Source of the DNA: Promethearchaeota archaeon
GTDB lineage: Archaea; Asgardarchaeota; Thorarchaeia; Thorarchaeales; Thorarchaeaceae
Direction of reading: 5' to 3'
Assembly: GCA_048939765.1 (NCBI GenBank)
Contig: JBHLPF010000003.1
Coordinates: 32,001 to 96,000 of the forward strand
Length of the DNA stretch: 64,000 bases
Part shown: in pieces, positions 28,877 to 36,411 of the stretch
How positions within the stretch are numbered: position 1 is the stretch's first letter
Layout: every line of letters begins with the position of its first letter
The notes under the pieces: model-generated
Databases searched by the model: none
What the model was told of the DNA's origin: nothing
What the model saw: the letters and a program-made list of their open reading frames with translations, nothing else
Program-made: the position numbers and the translations under genes

Positions 28877-29418
28877 AATTGCGAGAAGACAGCGATCAGT
28901 ACTGCATGCTGCTGATCGGCACAATCATCCTAAGTGCCTATGTCTTTGACATCTTGCTGGCTGTTGTCGCTGATACAGCGATGGCTCTTCACTTTCCGTT
29001 CCTGGTCGGTGGGCCTCTGATCATGGTGTTCTTTCTAATTGGCTACTTCAGGCCAAAGCGCGGCAGGATCAAGGTCAATATGCTCTCTATTGCAATTGTG
29101 ATAGGTGTTCTCTACACAATCTATGTCTTGGTACCATTTGGCGGTGATATCATCTATGCGTCCTGGGGAATGGGAGGCGCAATCCTCCTGGCTGGCGGTT
29201 TCTCAATGTTGGACCCGATGGAGGTCAGTGTGACCCCCGGAATCATGGAGGTCAGCGACTTCAAGTACAAGCCCTTGCCAGAGCCTGAGCCCGAGCCAGA
29301 ACCCGAGGAGGCGGCTGAGGCTGAATCAGAAACGGAAGCCGCCCCTGACACCTCAACTTCAGAAGAGCCAGCTCAAACGGAATCAACTGAAACTACTGAT
29401 GAAACTCCATCAGAATAG
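28873..29418 (+). CDS. Hypothetical 4-TM protein with acidic PE-rich tail
   Basis: ATGA overlap with the fusion gene; four hydrophobic segments; PEPEPEPEP tail. Confidence 0.7.
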   Translation: MKLREDSDQYCMLLIGTIILSAYVFDILLAVVADTAMALHFPFLVGGPLIMVFFLIGYFRPKRGRIKVNMLSIAIVIGVLYTIYVLVPFGGDIIYASWGMGGAILLAGGFSMLDPMEVSVTPGIMEVSDFKYKPLPEPEPEPEPEEAAEAESETEAAPDTSTSEEPAQTESTETTDETPSE

Positions 29419-29513
29419 AGCAGACTGGAACCTGCAATTGTTATCCCCTGAGTCCGCCTAGATTCTTCTAGTCCTGACTAAAATGAGGAGGCTATGGATG
29501 AGAGCGCGGACTC

Positions 29514-29873
29514 TCATTCACGAAGCCAAGCAAACGCAGCAAACGCCAGGAGCAAACCGAAGGCAACCCATGCAAAGAGGAGAATACCTGCTAGGTCAGT
29601 GTACTGGGTGATGTCCAAATATGCGTGCACACCACCAAAGACTCCAGCAGCCATCGTGGCACCTATGCGGCCACTGCGGGTTGATGCGAATGCAATACCA
29701 AGAGTCGCTACTACGAAGAACAGCCCACTCAAGAAGATGAAGTATTGGAAGGTGAGATCAATCGGTGCTACAGTCAAGATGATCCAGAAGTATGCCCCAA
29801 TGAATCCCATTCCGATTAGAAGCGCGAGGTAATAGAAGAATGTACCCTCTTCTTTGTAAGACAATTGTATCAC
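29514..29873 (-). CDS. Hypothetical 4-TM membrane protein
   Basis: Four hydrophobic helices; GGTG upstream; fills the intergenic gap. Confidence 0.65.
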   Translation of the reverse strand: MIQLSYKEEGTFFYYLALLIGMGFIGAYFWIILTVAPIDLTFQYFIFLSGLFFVVATLGIAFASTRSGRIGATMAAGVFGGVHAYLDITQYTDLAGILLFAWVAFGLLLAFAAFAWLRE

Positions 29874-29967
29874 CTTTACCTTGTCGGTAAACTGTTTCCA
29901 TCTGGAATATGTGCTCTATTTAAGCCCTTTGAGGGAAACTGGTCGAAGACTTTTTATCATGCTACTT

Positions 29968-30055
29968 TGTACGCCGACTTCCACAGCACAAGGTAGTCCT
30001 ACCCATCAGGCGACCCGCCTCGATGGATCGGGCATCATCTTGGCTGTCGTGTACA
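29968..30055 (+). promoter_or_regulatory. Long imperfect RNA hairpin upstream of nuoA (candidate leader or ncRNA)
   Basis: Nested stems TGTACGC/GTGTACA, ACAGC/GCTGT, CAAGGT/ATCTTG, GTCC/GGGC, CCATC/GATGG, AGGCG/CGCCT; TTTTTATC TATA-like box at 29951-29958. Confidence 0.4.
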
Positions 30056-30206
30056 CGATTCGACCTGGAATACGTCACCTAGGTAAGGTTGGAGCTTGAC
30101 TGCTATGGACAAAGAACTCAGGAAGAAGGTATTTGGAATGGTTCCTTCCAGTTTAGGTGGCGTGCAGGTTACTATTTCTATAACGGACCTAGGAGGGTCT
30201 TGAGGC

Positions 30207-30665
30207 TTGCAGACAGATAGGCTGTTTCTCCAATTCATCCCGGTCTTGGTTTGGGCTATTCTTGTAATCGTTCTGATTGTTATCATGCTGTTGGCATCCT
30301 GGGTGCTGCGACCCCATATACTCCAGAACTCAGAGAAGACTTCTACATACGAATGTGGAGAAGAGCCTATTGGGCCAGCACGAATGTCATTCCCCTATAG
30401 CTACATCATCTACACGATTCTCTTTGTCATCATAGACGTAATGGGCGCATTTCTCTGGCTACTTACTGTTTCACCGCTACGATTGAATCCCATAGTCGCT
30501 TGGCAGACGTTCATCTTCGTCGTGATTATTATGGGTGCAATTGGATATGCGCTGAGGTATCTGCCTCAGACTTCGTTTAATGGTAAGGAAATCCTCGAGG
30601 CATATCGCGCTGCAAAGGCAAAGCGTCTCGAGAAAGCGCACGCATCGGGGAGGGAGCATCATTGA
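30207..30665 (+). CDS. nuoA: Complex I-like subunit A
   Basis: 3 TM, EKTSTYECGEEP, ILFVIIDV. Confidence 0.92.
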   Translation: MQTDRLFLQFIPVLVWAILVIVLIVIMLLASWVLRPHILQNSEKTSTYECGEEPIGPARMSFPYSYIIYTILFVIIDVMGAFLWLLTVSPLRLNPIVAWQTFIFVVIIMGAIGYALRYLPQTSFNGKEILEAYRAAKAKRLEKAHASGREHH

Positions 30666-31333
30666 TGCAAGGATTTGAGTCCGCGTTCGAGTCAGTTGAG
30701 TTTCTGTTGATTGCAGGAATAGTCATTGTACTGGCTTACCTCGCACTGGAACATAGGGAGATTGTGTATGCCGCATTCTTTTTTGGCTTCATGGCGTCGT
30801 TCGTAGCTGGATTCTTCCTTCTATTGGAAGCGCCTTTTGTTGCCGGTATGCAGATTGCGGTGTACACTGGAGGCATAAGTGCGTTAATCATATTCGGCGT
30901 TCTCCTGTTGCCACGAGCACAAGACTCCACACTCGAGGCAATAGAGTCGCCCCACGCCAAGAAAGTTGGCATACTTGTATCCGGCTCCATAATGTTCCTC
31001 TCTGCAATTCTTGCACTGACGTTCCCATGGAACGAAACGATTCCAGAGAGCACAATCGATTCTTCAAACAACGTGGCTCTTCTCGCTGAGTGGTTGTGGG
31101 GAGATCATGGAATCTATGTTCAACTCATCGCACTCATCATTGTGACATCCCTCGTAGGTGTCATCGCGCTCATGAAGATGGATAAGGCAGAGCTGATGAA
31201 AGATGTCGTCGCCGAGTTCGGTATCGAAGCAGCACCAGAACCTGAAGCGCCTGAGCCGGAAGAACCTCCGGAGCCTGAGGAGACCTCTGAGGAAGCTTCT
31301 GAGTCGGAAGTCAGTGAGGAGGTGGCCGACTAA
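30665..31333 (+). CDS. nuoJ: Complex I-like subunit J with acidic tail
   Basis: LEAPFVAGMQIAVYTGGISALIIFGVLL. Confidence 0.9.
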   Translation: MQGFESAFESVEFLLIAGIVIVLAYLALEHREIVYAAFFFGFMASFVAGFFLLLEAPFVAGMQIAVYTGGISALIIFGVLLLPRAQDSTLEAIESPHAKKVGILVSGSIMFLSAILALTFPWNETIPESTIDSSNNVALLAEWLWGDHGIYVQLIALIIVTSLVGVIALMKMDKAELMKDVVAEFGIEAAPEPEAPEPEEPPEPEETSEEASESEVSEEVAD

Positions 31334-31653
31334 TGGTCCCGCTTTCTTGGTATCTTGCTGTTGCATTCATCTTGATAGGCCTTGGTGCCTATGGGATGAT
31401 GGTGAAGAGGAACCTCATCAGAATTCTCATTGGTGCTGAAATCATGGGGAATGGAGTCAGCATCGCTATAGCTGCTTTTGCAGTCTACAGCCCTACCTTT
31501 ACGCTGACAGGACAGGCTCTCATTATTCTCTTGATATCAGTTGCTGCAGCTCACACTGCTCTAGCTCTAGTCTTGATGCTTGCTTACAACAGGCGACATG
31601 GAACAGTGGATCTTGGAAGACCAATCTCACAGGAGGAGAAGCTGGATGTCTGA
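31333..31653 (+). CDS. nuoK: Complex I-like subunit K
   Basis: RNLIRILIGAEIM, VAAAHTALAL, 3 TM. Confidence 0.9.
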   Translation: MVPLSWYLAVAFILIGLGAYGMMVKRNLIRILIGAEIMGNGVSIAIAAFAVYSPTFTLTGQALIILLISVAAAHTALALVLMLAYNRRHGTVDLGRPISQEEKLDV

Positions 31654-32173
31654 AGGTACTCCTATGTCTGCAGCCACATTTGGAAGACAGATTGTCAACA
31701 AGTTTCCTGGCGTTGAATGTACGCCAAAGGAAGATGGTATCCTTGAGTGCATTGTGCCAGCAGACAGGATTAGGGACGTTGTCGGGATGATTGACGAACA
31801 GATAGAAGATGCCTTTCCAGAGAGCGTCTTTGGAGTTGACCTTCAGGAAGACAAGTATGAAGTCATCTACATATTCTGGTCTCGAACCAATAGGACACTG
31901 TATCACCTTCGTGTTTCACTTGAGGGCACCAATCCCGAGGTGGACACAGTGTGTGACATATTCCCCGGCATGGAGTGGCATGAGAGAGAGACCTGGGAGA
32001 TGTTTGGAATCAACTTCAAGGGCCATCCTGACCTCAGGCTACTTTTGCTTCCTGAGGAGCTGGAAGGGAAGTATCCTCTTAGAAAGAGCTTCGTGACAGA
32101 TAGATCACGGCTCAATGAGGCTGATAAAACGCCTCCAAAGCCCAAGCCACCAGAAGGAGGTGCAACCGAATGA
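31646..32173 (+). CDS. nuoC: Complex I-like subunit C
   Basis: WHERETWEMFGINFKGHPDLR..YPLRK; AGGAGG before ATG 31646. Confidence 0.92.
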   Translation: MSEGTPMSAATFGRQIVNKFPGVECTPKEDGILECIVPADRIRDVVGMIDEQIEDAFPESVFGVDLQEDKYEVIYIFWSRTNRTLYHLRVSLEGTNPEVDTVCDIFPGMEWHERETWEMFGINFKGHPDLRLLLLPEELEGKYPLRKSFVTDRSRLNEADKTPPKPKPPEGGATE

Positions 32174-33306
32174 GCCCTGACATCATAGATGAAACAACTG
32201 AAGTCTGGTTTGGGCCACAGCACGTATCCGCGCACGGATGGGCGGCCAAACTGACTCTTGTTGGAGACTTTGTAGTGGAATGTGATCCGAACGCCGGATA
32301 CTTCCATAGATCTGCTGAGAAGTGCTTGGAGTTCCGGAACTTCCAGCAAGGGTCTCTCATCATGGAACGGCTCTGCATGCTTGAGGCATTTCTAGCTGAA
32401 TATCCCTACATCATGGCGGTTGAGAAGATAGCAGGGCTCGAAGTACCTGAACGAGCCAAGGTCATACGTACGATTATGATGGAGGCCAGCCGAATTCATT
32501 CATTGCAGTTCTGGTGGGGTCAATTCTCGGCTGAGCTCGGCTTATTCGCTATGTTGCTGTGGCCGTGGGTTGACCGTGAGTTCTTCCTCGACACTTTCGA
32601 GGAGCTCAGCGGTTCTCGTCATGCTGTTTCTTTCAGCACTCCTGGAGGAATAAGATATGATTTCACTGACAAGGTGCTCAGGAAGCTCGATATTGCCTTG
32701 GAGCGGTTTGAGGATCGGATGCCTATGATGCGAGACATGCTCATGGGTAGTCCTACTTTCAGAGCAAGGACAGAGGGCATTGGTCAGTATACGCTGAAAC
32801 AGGGGCTGAAGTACGGCTTGAGTGGACCACCGATTAAAGCATGTGGTCTACCAATGGACCTACGAAAAGATGCCCCTGACCCGAATCTAGCCTACGATAT
32901 GATCGATTGGGAAGTTCCAATTACAGAGAGCAAGGAGCATCCTGGGGAGAGTGATGCCTACGATAGGATGGTCCAGCGATTCAAAGAGATGGAGACCTCA
33001 GCAGATATAATTCGAAAACTCATTCCATTAATTCCTGAGGGCCCGATTGTTGACCCCAAGGCACGAGCCAAGGCAAACAGACTTCCAGAGGGTGAGGCAT
33101 ACGGTCGTGTCGAAGGAACAAGAGGAATCTCAACTCTCTGGCTTAAGACCACTGAAAAGGCGCAGACTCCATACAGGGCCAAGATACGCGGACCCTGTTT
33201 CAACTCTTACTACTCATTGAAACATCTGGTCCCGGGTGCGAAGTTTGCAGACTTCATTGCCATTTTTGGATCGCTTGATCCATATCCAGGGTGGTGGGAT
33301 CGCTGA
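32170..33306 (+). CDS. nuoD: Complex I-like subunit D (not a [NiFe] large subunit)
   Basis: FGPQHVSAHG, GYFHRSAEK, ERLCMLE, terminal SLDPYPGWWDR. Confidence 0.9.
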   Translation: MSPDIIDETTEVWFGPQHVSAHGWAAKLTLVGDFVVECDPNAGYFHRSAEKCLEFRNFQQGSLIMERLCMLEAFLAEYPYIMAVEKIAGLEVPERAKVIRTIMMEASRIHSLQFWWGQFSAELGLFAMLLWPWVDREFFLDTFEELSGSRHAVSFSTPGGIRYDFTDKVLRKLDIALERFEDRMPMMRDMLMGSPTFRARTEGIGQYTLKQGLKYGLSGPPIKACGLPMDLRKDAPDPNLAYDMIDWEVPITESKEHPGESDAYDRMVQRFKEMETSADIIRKLIPLIPEGPIVDPKARAKANRLPEGEAYGRVEGTRGISTLWLKTTEKAQTPYRAKIRGPCFNSYYSLKHLVPGAKFADFIAIFGSLDPYPGWWDR

Positions 33307-33317
33307 TGGGAGGTGTC

Positions 33318-34451
33318 ATGTTGCAAATAGACTTCTTCGCTTGGCTTCAAGGAATCCCTTCGTGGATCTACGGTGTGATTCAGTGGTTCTTCTACCTTGT
33401 CAGCGGGATATTCTACTGGATATGGGGGATATTCACTTGGATCTGGGCAGCTCTATTTGATGTAGCCAACTTCTTTTTCCTGATTCGAGCAATACTATTC
33501 CCGGGTCTTGTCTTCATCCTCATGACGATTATCTTCGCAGTCTGGTATACTCGCAAGCTCTGGGGTAGAATTCAAGACAGACGAGGTCCTTTCCACCTAG
33601 GGAAATACGGAGGTCTCCAGCTCTTCGCAGACGCAATCAAGCTTGTGGGGAAAGAGACTATCATTCCCGATAAGGCGAGGCGTTGGATGTACAGATTTCT
33701 TCCATCCTTGCTGCTTCTTGTCGTACTCATACCTTTCGCATTCATTCCATGGGATCCAGTATGGTACATCGCTGACCTCTCAGTCAGCCTCGTGCTTGTC
33801 TTTGCATTCTTGACAGCTGTTCCTGTAATTGCGTTGCTGTCCGGATGGATAAGCGGTTCAAAGTACACCCTAATTGGTGGGTTTAGAGCAGCTAACAATC
33901 AGTTCGCTAGCGAGATTCCGCTAATCATCTCATCCGTTGGTCCTGCGATGATTGCTGGGTCTCTTAGCGTAATGGGAATCTCGATGGCTCAGTCTAATAT
34001 CTGGTTCATCTTCCTGCTACCAATCAACTTGGCCACCTTCTTGGTCGCATCTATCGCATCCGTTGGTACATTTCCATTCGATGCCCCAGTTGCTGACTCG
34101 GAGGTCATCTTTGGTTGGAGGACTGAGTTCAGTGGTATTTACTTCACGCTCACTTATTTCGCGGAGTTCGCCGAGCAGGCGCTTTACTCAGCACTCATAG
34201 TTGCACTATTCCTTGGCGGGTTCCAAGGACCAGATTTCTTGCCAGGGAGTGTGATATTCATCATCAAGTTCCTGATCGTATTCTTCTTTTTCGTCGTTGT
34301 GACTTCATCGTTCCATCGACTTAGACAGGACCAGATTGTATACTTCTGCTGGAAGTATCTACTTCCATTGTCAATCCTGAACGTTATGCTTGTGATGTTG
34401 GGAATCGCCAACATACCCCTGCTACAAGCAATTATTGGAATAGGAGGCTAG
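33318..34451 (+). CDS. nuoH: Complex I-like subunit H
   Basis: RKLWGRIQDRRGP, GLQLFADAIKLVGKE, SKYTLIGGFRA, PFD, RLRQDQ; GGAGGTG before ATG 33318. Confidence 0.93.
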   Translation: MLQIDFFAWLQGIPSWIYGVIQWFFYLVSGIFYWIWGIFTWIWAALFDVANFFFLIRAILFPGLVFILMTIIFAVWYTRKLWGRIQDRRGPFHLGKYGGLQLFADAIKLVGKETIIPDKARRWMYRFLPSLLLLVVLIPFAFIPWDPVWYIADLSVSLVLVFAFLTAVPVIALLSGWISGSKYTLIGGFRAANNQFASEIPLIISSVGPAMIAGSLSVMGISMAQSNIWFIFLLPINLATFLVASIASVGTFPFDAPVADSEVIFGWRTEFSGIYFTLTYFAEFAEQALYSALIVALFLGGFQGPDFLPGSVIFIIKFLIVFFFFVVVTSSFHRLRQDQIVYFCWKYLLPLSILNVMLVMLGIANIPLLQAIIGIGG

Positions 34452-34457
34452 AGCAAG

Positions 34458-34889
34458 ATGGGATTCTTCAGAAACCTAGGTGACATATTCCAGATATTGA
34501 GACATATATTCCGTCAAGTGATGTCCCGTCCATTCACGTACTTCTATCCATTCGAGGACAGGGAATATCCCGAGAGGACTCGTGGCAGGCACATTCACGT
34601 GCGAGAGAATTGCACAGCCTGCATGCAGTGTGTACGAGCTTGTCCTGTTGTAGCTATTAGTATCGATAAGAGTGATAAGAAGTTCGAGAAGGACGCAGCC
34701 CTAACCTTTGATTATACAAGGTGTATCTTCTGTGGCTTATGCGTTCAAGCCTGCAGATTTGATGCACTATTTCACACCCAGGTGGTAGATATCAGCGAGG
34801 GAGAGAGGGAGGACTTGGTCTACGGTCCTGACAAGATAGAGACTCTCGATAGAGACCCGCTTGAGTGGCGTGGAAGGAGGTTCCGTTGA
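34458..34889 (+). CDS. nuoI: Complex I-like subunit I, 2x[4Fe-4S]
   Basis: TYFYPFE..RTRGRH, CTACMQCVRACP, CIFCGLCVQAC. Confidence 0.93.
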   Translation: MGFFRNLGDIFQILRHIFRQVMSRPFTYFYPFEDREYPERTRGRHIHVRENCTACMQCVRACPVVAISIDKSDKKFEKDAALTFDYTRCIFCGLCVQACRFDALFHTQVVDISEGEREDLVYGPDKIETLDRDPLEWRGRRFR

Positions 34890-36406
34890 TGCAGCTAGCA
34901 TTCGAGTTCCCATTTATGACCTTGTCCTTACTAGTCCTCTTTATCGGAGGGCTTTTGATCTACCTCTTCCGCGGTCGACTCGAAAAGACGTCTGGAAAAA
35001 TCGCAGTTGGCTTCTCGGCGGTGGGGGCATTGCTAATGGTGCCTCCATTCTACCGCATCCTGGTCGAAGGTGGTCGGGCGGCTGAGAAGGTTTCGTGGTC
35101 AGTTGTGCTCGGAGAGTTCGGTCTCTATTTGGATGAGATTGCCTTCCCAATTACGTTCGCAGTTGTTGTCTTGGGATTCCTTTCAGTCATCTATGCCGTA
35201 GGTTATACTGAGCATACTGAGAACAAGCCCACCTTCTTCGCAAACACACTATTCTTCATAATGGGCATGCAAGGAGTGACGCTTGCCACCAATTTGCTGG
35301 AGTTCTTCATTTTCTGGGAAATCATGCTTGTCCCATCATACTTCCTGATTCTGTTTTGGGGCTTGCCTGAGACCCGAAAACGAACCGCCCTCAAGTTCTG
35401 GCTCTATACACAGGCTGGAGCGGTCTGTATTCTGATCGCCCTAGGACTTTTGTACTTCTTCACAGGCACCTTTGAACTCTACACCATACTAGCAATGGCT
35501 CCTGCCATATGGTCAGACCTCCGACTATTGCAGATTATTTTCATCTTGTTCGCTGCTGGCTTTTTAGTCAAGATGGCAGCTTTCCCTGTGCATTGGTGGT
35601 TGCCTCCAGTTCACGCCGAAGCTCCGACTCCTATCTCAGTTCTGCTATCCGGAGCTATGATTGAGACTGGTGCATATGCTCTCGTCCGTTTCGGAATCAT
35701 AACGCTTGGACCTGCAGCTGCGTCTCTCTCATTCTGGATTGGAGTACTTGGTGTGGCTACGATGTTCTACGGAGGAGCTATGGCGCTCGTCCAGAAAGAC
35801 ATCAAGAGACTGCTAGCCTACTCATCGGTCTCCCAGATGGGCTACGTTTTGTTTGCACTCGGAATGATAACCACAATGGGGGTATCCGGTGGTCTATTCC
35901 ACCTCATCAATCACGCCTTCAGCAAGGGTGTCTTGTTTATGACTGCTGGAGCGGTGATTCATCAGACTCATCTAAGGGACGTCGACAAGATGGGCGGTCT
36001 CTCAAACAAGATGCCCATCACCGCATTTGCCGCGGCTATCGGCGCAATGAGCATCGCAGGGAGCCCCCCTCTCTCTGGATTCGCCAGTGAGTGGATGATG
36101 TTTCTCGGCGGCTTTGACGCCGCTCAGATGGGACCAGGAGGCCTTGCAAGACCTGAGTTCTTCTTCCTGTCCATCTTGGCTGTTTCAAGCTCCATATTGA
36201 GTGCCGGCTACATGCTCCGGTATCTCTGGAAGGTCTTTCTTGGGCCTCATCCAGCTGAACTGGAGGATGTCAAGGAGAGCTCGGACTGGATGACTGCTCC
36301 AATGATCATCCTTGGAGTTCTCATCGTGTTATTTGGAATATTCCCAGGATTGGCACTGGATGTCATAGTTCCTGGCGTAGAAGGAATATCTACCCTGCTT
36401 CCATGA
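34889..36406 (+). CDS. nuoM: Antiporter-like subunit NuoM, copy 1
   Basis: FWEIMLVPSYFLI..WG, KFWLYT, VKMAAFPVHWWLP..HAEAP, AYSSVSQMG, PPLSGFASE. Confidence 0.85.
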   Translation: MQLAFEFPFMTLSLLVLFIGGLLIYLFRGRLEKTSGKIAVGFSAVGALLMVPPFYRILVEGGRAAEKVSWSVVLGEFGLYLDEIAFPITFAVVVLGFLSVIYAVGYTEHTENKPTFFANTLFFIMGMQGVTLATNLLEFFIFWEIMLVPSYFLILFWGLPETRKRTALKFWLYTQAGAVCILIALGLLYFFTGTFELYTILAMAPAIWSDLRLLQIIFILFAAGFLVKMAAFPVHWWLPPVHAEAPTPISVLLSGAMIETGAYALVRFGIITLGPAAASLSFWIGVLGVATMFYGGAMALVQKDIKRLLAYSSVSQMGYVLFALGMITTMGVSGGLFHLINHAFSKGVLFMTAGAVIHQTHLRDVDKMGGLSNKMPITAFAAAIGAMSIAGSPPLSGFASEWMMFLGGFDAAQMGPGGLARPEFFFLSILAVSSSILSAGYMLRYLWKVFLGPHPAELEDVKESSDWMTAPMIILGVLIVLFGIFPGLALDVIVPGVEGISTLLP

Positions 36407-36411
36407 GGTGA

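Noticed and set aside
29494-29832. 112-aa plus-strand ORF between the fusion operon and nuoA
   Set aside because: Antisense shadow of the 4-TM gene 29514..29873; no Nuo similarity
32170-33306. Group 4 [NiFe]-hydrogenase large subunit
   Set aside because: Only one of four Ni-ligating Cys present; no maturation genes in the window
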